From contig OZ246001.1 in the NCBI GenBank assembly GCA_965230295.1, positions 1,248,001-1,312,000 on the forward strand: a stretch of 64,000 nucleotides of DNA. Reading direction: 5' to 3'. Below the pieces are notes generated by a model. The model searched no databases and had not been told where the DNA came from. It was given only the letters and a program-made list of their open reading frames with translations. Positions 52,145 to 62,080 of the stretch are shown piece by piece (position 1 is the stretch's first letter; every line of letters begins with the position of its first letter). A program made the translations under genes and the position numbers. This DNA is from Marinicella sp. (lineage in GTDB: Bacteria > Pseudomonadota > Gammaproteobacteria > Xanthomonadales > Marinicellaceae).

Positions 52145-52528
52145 ATGTATCCCATTGTAAAACATTTCCATGTCATTTTGGTCATAACCAGCATCACATT
52201 GTTTCAGTATCGGTATTGGATCTATCAGGTCAAGAAGCGCAATACACCGAAAGCCATGAAAATACTGCCACATTGTATGGATACTTTGTTGCTGATTTCC
52301 GGCATCACCATGGCGGTATGGATAGGACTCTCGCCACTACAAGTGGACTGGCTGTTATACAAATTGCTGGCCTTACTGGTTTATATTATTTTTGGTATGC
52401 TGGCGATGAAAAAAACCGCAATGGCCCAATGGCTCAGTTATGTTGCGGCCACCTTGGCGGTGGTTTATATGATCCTGGTTGCCACCCAAAAATCAGCTTG
52501 GCCCAATATCCAGCCATATTTCTCATGA
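52145..52528 (+). CDS. SirB2 family membrane protein
   Basis: KHFH, KILPH..DTLLLISG and WL..KL..L..YI..G. Confidence 0.88.
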   Translation: MYPIVKHFHVILVITSITLFQYRYWIYQVKKRNTPKAMKILPHCMDTLLLISGITMAVWIGLSPLQVDWLLYKLLALLVYIIFGMLAMKKTAMAQWLSYVAATLAVVYMILVATQKSAWPNIQPYFS

Positions 52529-53070
52529 CTGCCTATAAAAAACACAACTACTTCTTGGGCATTGGTAGCAACATCAACCGAATTAAAAACATCAACTCAT
52601 GCCTGGCATTTATCACCCATTCATTTTCCAACACCCATATTTCACCCACATACCAGTCACCTTCATACGGCTTCAAAGGGCATGATTTCTATAATTTAGT
52701 GGTCAAGATTGAAACGGTATTCCAACCTCATGAACTCAAGTTATGGCTACAAAACCTGGAAGACTTCCATGGACGAGACCGGCACAAACCAAGGTATTCA
52801 AACCGAACCTTAGACATTGATCTCTTGTTGTGTGATGACCTGATCATCGATGATGCCTTAGTGCAGATTCCGAGGCGTGAAATCCTGAAACGAAAATACG
52901 TGTTGAAGCCATTACAGGACCTGGCCCCCAATTTGATTCATCCGGTGGCACAAAAAAGGCTTGCTGTATTATGGCAAGCCTTGGATGCTGTTGATAACAG
53001 TGAGTTGTTACATGTCAACGATGTCGTCACCGATGATTTCGCCCACCTGAGCACTGTCAGCAATGTATAA
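52525..53070 (+). CDS. folK: 2-amino-4-hydroxy-6-hydroxymethyldihydropteridine diphosphokinase
   Basis: LGIGSN, FYNLV, RTLDIDLL and VLKPL.DLAP. Start at ATG 52525. Confidence 0.9.
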   Translation: MTAYKKHNYFLGIGSNINRIKNINSCLAFITHSFSNTHISPTYQSPSYGFKGHDFYNLVVKIETVFQPHELKLWLQNLEDFHGRDRHKPRYSNRTLDIDLLLCDDLIIDDALVQIPRREILKRKYVLKPLQDLAPNLIHPVAQKRLAVLWQALDAVDNSELLHVNDVVTDDFAHLSTVSNV

Positions 53071-53676
53071 CTTAACTTTCTTTTTGAAAATCAAGTCACC
53101 TTTCACCACCACATCATCACCGATATAAACTTCGGGTACTTTTTTGTTGCTGTTGAACCAACCAGAAGACTTTTCAATCACCACATCGCCATCGACCACG
53201 GTACCTTCATCTAACTTGATGTTGCCATTGACGGTTTCAACATTGCCATCGACTTCAGTGCCTATGGCAGTGATTTTTCCGTTCACGGTTTCCATGCGGT
53301 CTTCAATCACACATCCCGAACCCGCACTGACTGAGCCATTGACTGTTTCTGCATGACCTTTGATCAAACAATCGGACCCTAAAGTGATTGAACCATTGAC
53401 CGTTTCAGCATGGTCTGCCGTGACACCATCTTTGAATTTGATGCTGCCATTGACCGTTTCTACTTTACCTACAATGGCGCGCTCGCCCACTTTGATAGAA
53501 CCATTGACTGTATCTAAATTATCCACATGGGATTTATCACCCACGGTGATACTGCCATTGACCGAATCGTAATCTTTTTCAGGGGAATTGGTGCCTGCCG
53601 CCACTTTTTCACTACCAAACACGCCGGCTTGAACCGTAAAAGCCACCGCCAATAAGAGAACCAAAATGTATTTCAT
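53008..53676 (-). CDS. Secreted beta-strand repeat protein (DUF4097-like)
   Basis: Signal peptide ending VQA-G; seven 18-19 aa repeats with [TS]VNG[SKN][IV]. Confidence 0.78.
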   Translation of the reverse strand: MKYILVLLLAVAFTVQAGVFGSEKVAAGTNSPEKDYDSVNGSITVGDKSHVDNLDTVNGSIKVGERAIVGKVETVNGSIKFKDGVTADHAETVNGSITLGSDCLIKGHAETVNGSVSAGSGCVIEDRMETVNGKITAIGTEVDGNVETVNGNIKLDEGTVVDGDVVIEKSSGWFNSNKKVPEVYIGDDVVVKGDLIFKKKVKLYIADSAQVGEIIGDDIVDM

Positions 53677-53709
53677 GTTAAACCTCGTTTCATTGAATTA
53701 TGTGGGTAA

Positions 53710-53734
53710 AACGGCCAATGAGCCAAAATGTTAC
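53710..53734 (-). promoter_or_regulatory. ECF-sigma-like promoter
   Basis: Minus strand reads GTAAC-N16-CGTT, about 34 bp upstream of the repeat-protein ATG; fits the AAC(-35)/CGT(-10) ECF pattern. Confidence 0.45.
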
Positions 53735-53742
53735 GCTTAATT

Positions 53743-54294
53743 TCAATGTTTTGCTCTGAATACCGATATTTTATAGGCACCGGGCGCTAAATCAGCCAGT
53801 TTTACACTGCCAATTTGGGTCCTAACCAAACGCAAAACAGGCAAACCAACCGCTGCACACATGCGCCTGACTTGTCGATTTTTGCCCTGATTAATGACCA
53901 ACATCAGCCAAGTGGTTGGGCTGTTTTTCCTGTGCCTTATCGGTGGGTTTCTAGGCCACAACCAAGCCGGCTTTTTAGCCAAAATTTCAATTGTTAACAC
54001 CCGTGCCGTGTAATCTTTGACTTTAACACCGTTCCTCAGTTGATTCAAATGCCTGGCTTGTGCCCGACCTTCAACTTGTACCAAATATGTTTTTTCAACT
54101 TGTTCGCTGGTGATTGTGTGCTGCGTAGGGCCATGGTTGGTTAACACCATCAAGCCTTCAGAATCATAGTCCAGTCGACCAGCCGCATAATACCCTGGCT
54201 GATCGATGTAATGACCCAAATGCCGCCTGCCGTCAGTGTCGGTGAATTGAGACAGCACCTGAAACGGTTTGTTGAATATAAGGATGTCAGCCAA
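53743..54294 (-). CDS. rluE: rRNA pseudouridine synthase, RluE-like
   Basis: FNKPFQVLSQF, AGRLDYDSEGL, RNPPIR.R and GKNRQVRRM. Confidence 0.85.
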   Translation of the reverse strand: MADILIFNKPFQVLSQFTDTDGRRHLGHYIDQPGYYAAGRLDYDSEGLMVLTNHGPTQHTITSEQVEKTYLVQVEGRAQARHLNQLRNGVKVKDYTARVLTIEILAKKPAWLWPRNPPIRHRKNSPTTWLMLVINQGKNRQVRRMCAAVGLPVLRLVRTQIGSVKLADLAPGAYKISVFRAKH

Positions 54295-54740
54295 AATTAT
54301 TTACTCGGAATTTGATCCAACAATTGTAACAAATGTAAGCGTATGGATGCTTACTCTGATTGGATTCAGAATCCTGAGCTAACACGTATCTATCATCGCT
54401 CAAGGATTGGCGTTTTTCACGATGGCACCAGAAGCTGATCGTGATCAAACAGGTTCAAATGCTGGTCGCTCCGAGTGTTTGAACATTCGGTTGTGGTGGC
54501 TGTCAGCGGATGGAAAGTTCAACTGGATAAAATCTCTGGACAAGAGCTTGATGATGAATATTTCCATCGATTCGAATTCAAAATCAGCCAATAATAATCA
54601 TTTTTTTCTCCGCCTTAAACCCATTAAACACAAGGGTTTTGTGCTTATTTACAAAATTTTCAGTTATTTTTATTGAACCATCCTTATAGGCCAAAAGTCA
54701 TACTTTTTACAATAACAACAAAAAACCAAGGAGAAGTGAC

Positions 54741-55373
54741 ATGAAAGTATTCTTACGATTTTCAATATCTGGATTGTTGGGTTTGGCCATCACGGCCTGC
54801 TTATTTTTTGGCATGTTGAGTTTGTTAAGCGGTCAAAAACAACAGCTTAAATCCGAAGACAACAGCATCAATTTTTCATTTGTCAAAGATTACAAGGAAG
54901 CAGAAATTAAACCAAACAAAACCATCATCAAACCAGAACAACAGGCCGTGTCTCAAGCACCGGCCATGCCCAGCATGAACTTGGACACGCCCACCGATCC
55001 AGGCATTAACCTACCCATGCCCAACACCCAGGGGAAAGATTTCAACATCCTTACAGAAATTGATTTTCCTGGCTTGGCTGGTGGCACAGGATTAAGCGGG
55101 GACCAAAACGGTGGCCTGAAATCTGGCATGGCTCCCATGTACCCGCCTAATGAGCAAATGAAAAAAACACAGGGCTGGGTTAAGGTCTTGATCAACGTCA
55201 ACGAGTTTGGTCGCGTCGGTTCTGTTTCGGTATTAAAAGCCAAACCAGCCAGGGTTTTTAATGCAGCCACCATCAAAGCCGTTAAGAAATGGCAATTCCA
55301 CCCCAAAGTGGTGGATGGTAAAGCAGTGCCCTATCAAGTGACCCAAACGGTTGAATTTAAAATTGATCATTAA
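54741..55373 (+). CDS. TonB family energy transducer
   Basis: N-terminal TM, Pro-rich linker and PMYP...GWVKV...KWQF.P TonB C-domain. Confidence 0.88.
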   Translation: MKVFLRFSISGLLGLAITACLFFGMLSLLSGQKQQLKSEDNSINFSFVKDYKEAEIKPNKTIIKPEQQAVSQAPAMPSMNLDTPTDPGINLPMPNTQGKDFNILTEIDFPGLAGGTGLSGDQNGGLKSGMAPMYPPNEQMKKTQGWVKVLINVNEFGRVGSVSVLKAKPARVFNAATIKAVKKWQFHPKVVDGKAVPYQVTQTVEFKIDH

Positions 55374-55444
55374 ACACGGAGTTCAACAATGGATGGATCC
55401 ATTGCAGGAAGGAATCATGACATGGACGTCTACTTCTTCAAGAG

Positions 55445-55681
55445 TTAAGATACCCAACAAAACGGCAACAATAACAACAGCAGGAGGGGCAATAAAAGGA
55501 TCTTAAACACCAGCAAAAAAGCGCCGCCAACAAAGAACAGCACAAACATACCGATCGACATAATGATACCTAACACCAAAATGATGGGGCTGAACAACAC
55601 CACAAAAACCCAAAACATGATTTTGAGTAATACCAACAATATCAATATGCCTACAAATGCTTCAATCATCTCCTTCACCAT
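55445..55681 (-). CDS. Small hydrophobic membrane protein
   Basis: 78 aa, almost entirely apolar; fills the gap between genes. The true start may be four codons later. Confidence 0.55.
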   Translation of the reverse strand: MVKEMIEAFVGILILLVLLKIMFWVFVVLFSPIILVLGIIMSIGMFVLFFVGGAFLLVFKILLLPLLLLLLLPFCWVS

Positions 55682-55752
55682 TCATCGTTCATGAATACCA
55701 TGAACTCAATATTAAAATAGCAAAAATGACAAAAAAAAGGCAGTGCCGAAAG

Positions 55753-58257
55753 TCAGGATTCGACGAATTCAGAAATTGATTTGGGCCTGGCCACATCAGA
55801 ATGCAGCTCCCAAAAATATTGGTGTGAATCGTATTGTAGGTAATCCATATCGATGCTCACCATCGAATTGGGGTCAGACACATGAAATTTTGCCGGTGGA
55901 TAATCACCCAATGGTTTGTCTTTGTGGGCTGCTTGACTGGCTCTGGCAGCGAAATAAGCGGTGAAATCATGAGCCAAATCAACCTGTAACGGATAGCTCA
56001 AGGTGTCATCTGGCATACACAGCTGATTAACCTTGAGAATGGTTTCTAATCCCGAATCATCGCTGATGCCATAGGTTTCATCAATGTATTGTCCCACTTG
56101 TTGAAAAAACGTGGTCCAACCACCCGGCATGCTTTTGTCCTGGTTAAAAAACTGCACAGCCCATGAAATTTGCTGGAACCGTTGGGGCTGTTGTTGTACA
56201 AAACGCAGTAAATCCTGTAAAAAATCAACCGCCCTGATGTCATGCTCCCACTGCAGATACCGGATCACATAACGCAACAAGGAGTAACCATCGGCCATGG
56301 TATAGATTTGATACATACCTTTCATCCATTGCAGGTCTTGCTCAGTAAAACTGAATGATGAAATCACAAAGTCCTGGGCATCAACCTTGATTTGGTATTT
56401 TTCGATGTATTCCGGATCAGCCATGGGGCTGTTGGGAAGTAATTGTGTGGGGTAGGCCTTGACTGACACATCCATGTCTATATACCTTTGCAGGTCATTG
56501 TTGAAAGCATCCACAGTGATCCCGGGTAAACCAATCATCAAATCGGTAGACAAAGGTAATTTCAGGTCATAAAACACTTTGGTCAGTTCGTCATATTTCT
56601 CCGTTTTGATGTTTTTGCGGTTGATGACCTCTAAGGTTTTTTCATCGGTGGTTTGGATAGAGATGATGCCTTGACTGATGATGCCACCAGCAGTGAACAC
56701 TTTGATGATTTCAACCAGACGCCAAGTGGAGTTTTTCGTGTAATTAACCACCACTTCTTGCGGATAACCATATTTTTCTTTGGTATCCACAATAAATTGG
56801 GACAATTCGATGTCACGGTCATACAAACCAAAGTTGGCATCGGCGATCCAAATCACCCGTACTTTATTCTTGCCAATCCACTCAATTTCTTCCTTCACCC
56901 GATCCAAATCAAACTTCCTGACTTTTTGATTGGTGGCCGAACCCCAGTCACAAAAGGTACAACCAAAGGGGCAGCCGCGATTGGATTCTATGATGGCTGC
57001 TTCTACCCGTCCAGCATACACATCAAACAGCCCCGACAAATACGGTGATGGCACTTCATCGGGTGCTGCCATGCGGGTCCGTTTGGGGGTGCGGATCAAT
57101 CCGCCCAGGATTTTGTCTCTGAAAGTGATGCCAGTGACTTCAGCCAAAGCATCTTGCTGATAGGTCACCTCGCCTTCACTGCTTTTAACGATTTGCGTAA
57201 AAATTTCAGTGACCGACACTTCACCTTCGCCATGAACCGATATGTCCACAGAAGGGTGTGCTGCCATAAAATCGGCGCTGGCCTGTTGGTATTCTGGCGT
57301 ACTGGGACCTCCGTGAATGGTTAAATTTCTGCCATCATGGCCTTTGATCGCTTGGCTGACCTGGATGTTCACATCCATTGACCACATGTAGTTGGAAAAC
57401 AGCCACACCCCGGTTTTGAATTTTCGGTAAGGACCATTCAACAAGTCATTGGGATTCAAAAAAGTGATGGGTATGAGTTGAAATTTACTTAATAACTCAC
57501 CACCGTTGTGATTCTGCAGGGCGCTGTAAATGATGCCCAGAGCCAGCGGAAAATGATTTTCCATGTGGGGCACAAAATACACAGGAATGCGCCCATCTGG
57601 CTCAATTTGTTGCCAGGTTTTCAAATCTGAGGTGGCTTTGACTTCAGCAAATTGGGTCTGCTCCTCCGCCCCTTGGCCTTGCTGTTTTTGGGGGATTAAA
57701 AAACCGTGTTTAAACAATGTTTGTAACACCGACTCGGCATCATCCTCCAAAATAAAGCCCTTTTCCTGAATGACGTCTTGTTTGGCTTTACCATCAGCAA
57801 ATGCCAACATCATGATGACCCAGGCTGTTGGTATCTTGCGTGGCATCAAATCTATTTTTGAACAGGCAAAAAAACCATCCGGGTGGAATGAAATGGCCGC
57901 ATTGCTGCTGAGACTCAGTGACTCAGGCAAACTGACCTCATTCGCTTCCATCAATTCCAATGGTTGTAACTGCAGCCCTTCGTTCGGTGCGTGAGCGGCG
58001 TTGAATAACCCGGCTTGCTGAAACTGCTGCAGGCGCTGCTGTACACCCTGAATTTGCAAATGCGGCAACCAGGTTTTAATCCATGAATGTTGCAGAAAAC
58101 GCTGACTTGCATCGTCGAACTCTCCGCTATCGAGGAAATACGACAACAACAACACGTCAGGCTCATGCAACGCCAACGGAGGCAGCACGCCTGAAATTTG
58201 CGACACCATTGACTGACCTTTTCGGTTCAATAGCATGAAGTCTTGGTTGAGTTGCAT
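55753..58257 (-). CDS. Cobalamin-binding radical SAM enzyme with a long N-terminal extension
   Basis: PLALG, FSNYMWS, HGGPS and HGEGE (B12-binding domain); RGCPFGCTFCDW (CxxxCxxC); DANFG; IGLPG.T. Confidence 0.88.
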   Translation of the reverse strand: MQLNQDFMLLNRKGQSMVSQISGVLPPLALHEPDVLLLSYFLDSGEFDDASQRFLQHSWIKTWLPHLQIQGVQQRLQQFQQAGLFNAAHAPNEGLQLQPLELMEANEVSLPESLSLSSNAAISFHPDGFFACSKIDLMPRKIPTAWVIMMLAFADGKAKQDVIQEKGFILEDDAESVLQTLFKHGFLIPQKQQGQGAEEQTQFAEVKATSDLKTWQQIEPDGRIPVYFVPHMENHFPLALGIIYSALQNHNGGELLSKFQLIPITFLNPNDLLNGPYRKFKTGVWLFSNYMWSMDVNIQVSQAIKGHDGRNLTIHGGPSTPEYQQASADFMAAHPSVDISVHGEGEVSVTEIFTQIVKSSEGEVTYQQDALAEVTGITFRDKILGGLIRTPKRTRMAAPDEVPSPYLSGLFDVYAGRVEAAIIESNRGCPFGCTFCDWGSATNQKVRKFDLDRVKEEIEWIGKNKVRVIWIADANFGLYDRDIELSQFIVDTKEKYGYPQEVVVNYTKNSTWRLVEIIKVFTAGGIISQGIISIQTTDEKTLEVINRKNIKTEKYDELTKVFYDLKLPLSTDLMIGLPGITVDAFNNDLQRYIDMDVSVKAYPTQLLPNSPMADPEYIEKYQIKVDAQDFVISSFSFTEQDLQWMKGMYQIYTMADGYSLLRYVIRYLQWEHDIRAVDFLQDLLRFVQQQPQRFQQISWAVQFFNQDKSMPGGWTTFFQQVGQYIDETYGISDDSGLETILKVNQLCMPDDTLSYPLQVDLAHDFTAYFAARASQAAHKDKPLGDYPPAKFHVSDPNSMVSIDMDYLQYDSHQYFWELHSDVARPKSISEFVES

Positions 58258-58345
58258 GTGTGTATGGGTTTTAAGTTAGCCACACATTATAGCTAAAAAT
58301 ACCGTCTATGCAGCAATAATCAATGATTGGGATACCTACATTGAC

Positions 58346-58894
58346 TTATTTCAGCAACCCGGAGATCAGTTTGAATTTAGGGTGTTTTGCTGTCTGCATC
58401 AATTCAAACAAGATCATTTCGGTACTGGTCAATTCGGCACCGGCCAGTTGCATGTTGTGCAATGCCAACTTTTTGTTGCTTTTGGCCCTGGATGACACCG
58501 CTTGTTGGTTGACCTTTACCGCAAAACCGGCTGCCAACAAATCCAACACTGTTTGGTAGACACAAACATGGGTTTCTATACCTGTGACGACACACTGTCG
58601 GCTGTTGGTGGACGCCAATTGCGCACTGAAACTCTCACTCCCACATGCACTGAAAGTAATTTTTTCATGGTAATTGGAATCATTCAACAGCGCCTTGATC
58701 TCTGGCTTGGTGGGGCCCAGGCCTTGTGGATACTGTTCAAACCAAAAAACCGGTATTTCGAGTATTTGTGCGGCTTTGATCATGGTAGAGATGTGTTTAA
58801 ACAGTTTTTGTTTTTGGTACATCATCTCCGCCAAGCGGCCTTGTACGTCTATCACCAATAAACAGCTGGTCTCAATTTCAAATCTTGGTTTCAT
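58346..58894 (-). CDS. Isochorismatase-family hydrolase
   Basis: VIDVQ, EQYPQGLGPT, K.TFS and GIETHVCVYQT. Confidence 0.9.
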   Translation of the reverse strand: MKPRFEIETSCLLVIDVQGRLAEMMYQKQKLFKHISTMIKAAQILEIPVFWFEQYPQGLGPTKPEIKALLNDSNYHEKITFSACGSESFSAQLASTNSRQCVVTGIETHVCVYQTVLDLLAAGFAVKVNQQAVSSRAKSNKKLALHNMQLAGAELTSTEMILFELMQTAKHPKFKLISGLLK

Positions 58895-58903
58895 GGGCCT
58901 ATT

Positions 58904-59440
58904 TTAGGCATCATCCAATATTTGCTGCAAGGCCTTCCTGATCTCGACCGCCCAATAAGGCGCCAGCCGCACACTTTTGGCGCCATGTGATGCGCCTTGT
59001 TTGACCAAATGTTTGGTTTTCACTGATCGCAAGTCAAACACCTGTTGACCTGCCTGATCAAAAATCAACACGGCAGGTGTGCCATACACTTCATACAACT
59101 TAGCCACTGATTCTGCTTGAGGAAACAATAAAAAGTTTAAGCCGTTTTTTCTTAAGTATTCAGCAGGCTCACCATCTTCATTGATGTTCAAAGCATACAC
59201 CTTTAAATTTAATTCTTGTTGGTATTGAATCAAAGCACTTTGTACATGTGGCATCAGCTGTTTGCAGTATGGACACCAGGTCGCCCAAAAAAACAACACG
59301 GTAACCTGTTTGTTATCAATGGCTTGTTGTGGAAATTCATGGTTCTGGTTGTCTATATCAGTCAATGACCAGATAGGCTCCGACTTGGCTTGAGTCAAGC
59401 AAGATAAGCAGAGCAATACCAATAAGTGAATTTTTTTCAT
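58904..59440 (-). CDS. TlpA-like exported thioredoxin
   Basis: Signal peptide, FWATWCPYC and cis-Pro GTP. Confidence 0.88.
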   Translation of the reverse strand: MKKIHLLVLLCLSCLTQAKSEPIWSLTDIDNQNHEFPQQAIDNKQVTVLFFWATWCPYCKQLMPHVQSALIQYQQELNLKVYALNINEDGEPAEYLRKNGLNFLLFPQAESVAKLYEVYGTPAVLIFDQAGQQVFDLRSVKTKHLVKQGASHGAKSVRLAPYWAVEIRKALQQILDDA

Positions 59441-59501
59441 GAGACACGTCAGATAAAGAAGTCTTCAAAAGACCCCAACCACAAAAATCCATTGCAGTTT
59501 T

Positions 59502-60368
59502 TTAGTCGGCTTGGCCGATGATGGTGTTGATTTGTCTGACCCAGGCATTACCAGCCAATTCTGATGGCAAGTTGCTCCTTTGACTCAATGCTTGTTCACG
59601 ACTGTCATACAAACCTGACAAAACCACCCACCAATCGGCACCATTGACTTGGGTTTTGACGACCGCATAGGGACCCTTATCAAGGCCCTGGTCAATGATG
59701 AATTGGTTCAAATGATGGCGGTTAGAGGTTCCCACCACCTGGAATGACCATTGATTGGGGTTATTGCGTTGCCATTCACTGAAATTATTACTTGTTGACG
59801 GTCTAAATTCAGCTGGCTGTTGAGGTTGTTCTTGTTGCTCTGCAATGGTTTCGTCAACCACAGGATCAGGTAAAGCATTGGTATCTGTCTCTGTGACAAC
59901 ACCTTTTACGCTTGATTGCTCACTTGGGGAATTAACAACGGCAGCAGGTTCTGCTGGTTGTGGTGATGCCTGTTCAGTCTGTACAACATCTTCTCGAGGT
60001 GTGAAGTCCCTGATGGAGGCCGCTAATGAGTTGAGATCTCTTACAGGTTGTGCAGGTGACTCCTGAACTTGTTGATTTAAATTGTTGCTGCTGTCTAAGG
60101 GCCTGATGTCGACATCACTTTGAGTCAAGTCAGAACTTTTTACGGATGACTGCTCAGCCAATCGCATGGCTTTCTCATGGGCTTTTTCTTTTTCATCCGC
60201 TGGTGCACAGACCCACTTGTTCTTGGCAGCATAACAAATTATTTCAGTTTCAGCTGGTGGTTTTTCATCATCAACATCCTCACCATTTTGTGCCACAGCC
60301 CATGGCGAAGACATCAGTAAAACCATCATCAATGGATTGCTTACCTTTGGCCGCTTATCTCCTGTCAT
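59502..60368 (-). CDS. SPOR-domain protein (DamX position)
   Basis: Low-complexity linker with a C-terminal WWVVLSGLYDSREQA....LP.....WVR SPOR domain; directly after aroB. Confidence 0.78.
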   Translation of the reverse strand: MTGDKRPKVSNPLMMVLLMSSPWAVAQNGEDVDDEKPPAETEIICYAAKNKWVCAPADEKEKAHEKAMRLAEQSSVKSSDLTQSDVDIRPLDSSNNLNQQVQESPAQPVRDLNSLAASIRDFTPREDVVQTEQASPQPAEPAAVVNSPSEQSSVKGVVTETDTNALPDPVVDETIAEQQEQPQQPAEFRPSTSNNFSEWQRNNPNQWSFQVVGTSNRHHLNQFIIDQGLDKGPYAVVKTQVNGADWWVVLSGLYDSREQALSQRSNLPSELAGNAWVRQINTIIGQAD

Positions 60369-61465
60369 CTGTAATTCTTACCCGTTAAAAGACAAGATTG
60401 TATGGCACTCACGATGTCAGAATCTTTGATGCCCTCTGCAATAAATGCAGCCCCCAGTCCTCTCATCAGAATCAGTCTGTGTTGGTCATTGATTACTTTT
60501 TTATCTGATTTCATCAAATTCAATAAGTGCTCTGCAGTGATTTCTGAACCCAGCATAATCGGCAAGTCATAGGCTTGCAACAAGTTTTCCAGCATTTTTC
60601 GTATATCGTGACTGCCGTGACCCAATTGAGCCGATAATTCAGCAGCCATCACCATACCCAAAGCCACTGCTTCGCCATGTAGGTAGTGGTAATTGGTTGC
60701 CGTTTCGATGGCATGACCAAATGTATGTCCCAGATTCAATAAGGCCCTGACACCCTGTTCTTTTTCATCTTTCTCTACAATGTCCGCTTTGAATTGGCAA
60801 CATTGAGCAATCAACTGCAACAAAACAGCTGGGTCCTGGGCTTTGATCGCAACAACCTGATCTGTCAGCCAGTGAAAGAAATCTACTTGATCAATGCCAC
60901 CATATTTGATCGCCTCACCAATACCTGCATTGAATTCTCGGGCCGGTAAGGTCTTGAGGGTGTTGACATTGATGATGACTGCTTGCGGCTGATGAAAAGC
61001 GCCAATCAGGTTTTTACCTTGAGGGTGGTTGATTCCTGTTTTACCACCGACAGAAGCATCAATCTGTGACAACAAAGTGGTCGGCATTTGGATAAACTCA
61101 ATGCCACGCATCCAACTGGCAGCAGCAAAACCTGTCATGTCACAAATCACCCCGCCACCCAAAGATACCAACAAATCCGAGCGGTTGAATTGGTGTTTTG
61201 CCAAAGTATTGAGGATGGTCTGCCAACTGTCTACATTCTTATGGGCTTCTCCATCGGCCAACACACAACTGAACACAGGTTGGTTGTTAAACAGCTGTTC
61301 TACTTCAGCCAGATACAATGGCGCCACTGTTTCATTGGTCACAATCAATACTTTGCGATTTTTGGTCAGCGCAGCAACTGTATCCAAAGCAAATTGATCT
61401 GGATGAATGATGATGGGATAACTGCCTCCTGGCAGCGAAATGTTAACTTGCGTCATTTCAGTCAT
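60365..61465 (-). CDS. aroB: 3-dehydroquinate synthase
   Basis: GGGVICD, PTTLLSQIDASVGGKT, LNLGHTFGHAIE and HGEAV. Confidence 0.96.
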   Translation of the reverse strand: MTEMTQVNISLPGGSYPIIIHPDQFALDTVAALTKNRKVLIVTNETVAPLYLAEVEQLFNNQPVFSCVLADGEAHKNVDSWQTILNTLAKHQFNRSDLLVSLGGGVICDMTGFAAASWMRGIEFIQMPTTLLSQIDASVGGKTGINHPQGKNLIGAFHQPQAVIINVNTLKTLPAREFNAGIGEAIKYGGIDQVDFFHWLTDQVVAIKAQDPAVLLQLIAQCCQFKADIVEKDEKEQGVRALLNLGHTFGHAIETATNYHYLHGEAVALGMVMAAELSAQLGHGSHDIRKMLENLLQAYDLPIMLGSEITAEHLLNLMKSDKKVINDQHRLILMRGLGAAFIAEGIKDSDIVSAIQSCLLTGKNYR

Positions 61466-62022
61466 GAGTTTCTTTTGTTTTTTTTCTGCTTGGGTTGGGT
61501 CAAATAGATGGCGATTTTTTTGGCCATGCCATATGAACTGGTGCGACCACTGGAAAAAGACACATCAGCGACTGACTCATACAGTGGATTGCGAACACGG
61601 GCTAAATTCAGTAAGCGTTCTCGCCGCCCAGTTCCTTGAAGCAAAGGTCTTTGTTTGTCACGCTTGAGCCTTTTCAATTGGTGTTTAACTTCGGTTTTGA
61701 GGTAAATCACTAAACTTTCAGTGTCTTGTAAAATTTTGCGATTTTCGTCAGTCACTACGATGCCACCTCCGGTGGCAATCACACAATTGTTACGCTCCAA
61801 CAACTCTGCCAACATGGCGGTTTCCCGAGCCCTGAAACCCGCTTCTTGTTCTATTTCGAAAATCAGATTGATCGACACACCAGTGCGACTTTCTAACTCA
61901 TGATCAACATCTACAAAGGTCTTACCTAACAAGTAGGCCATTTGTTTTCCCACCGTGGTTTTGCCGGCACCCATGGGGCCAACCAATACGATGTTGTCTG
62001 ATTTTTTGTTAACCGAGCTCAT
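61462..62022 (-). CDS. aroK: Shikimate kinase
   Basis: GPMGAGKTTVG, E.GFR.RE, ATGGG and RPLL. Start at ATG 62022. Confidence 0.95.
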   Translation of the reverse strand: MSSVNKKSDNIVLVGPMGAGKTTVGKQMAYLLGKTFVDVDHELESRTGVSINLIFEIEQEAGFRARETAMLAELLERNNCVIATGGGIVVTDENRKILQDTESLVIYLKTEVKHQLKRLKRDKQRPLLQGTGRRERLLNLARVRNPLYESVADVSFSSGRTSSYGMAKKIAIYLTQPKQKKNKRNS

Positions 62023-62080
62023 GCTACAGCATTCTATCATGATGCATGTTTATGCCAGATAAATATCTCTCAACACAAAC

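Noticed and set aside
54407-54676. 89-aa ORF and small hairpin (CCGAGTGTT-TG-AACATTCGG) between rluE and the TonB gene
   Set aside because: TTG start, no clear RBS and no recognisable motif. One short hairpin is not enough to call an sRNA or riboswitch.
55445-55681. 78-aa ORF downstream of the radical SAM gene as its RiPP precursor
   Set aside because: Uniformly hydrophobic with no leader/core structure, so it looks like a small membrane protein. Not fully excluded.
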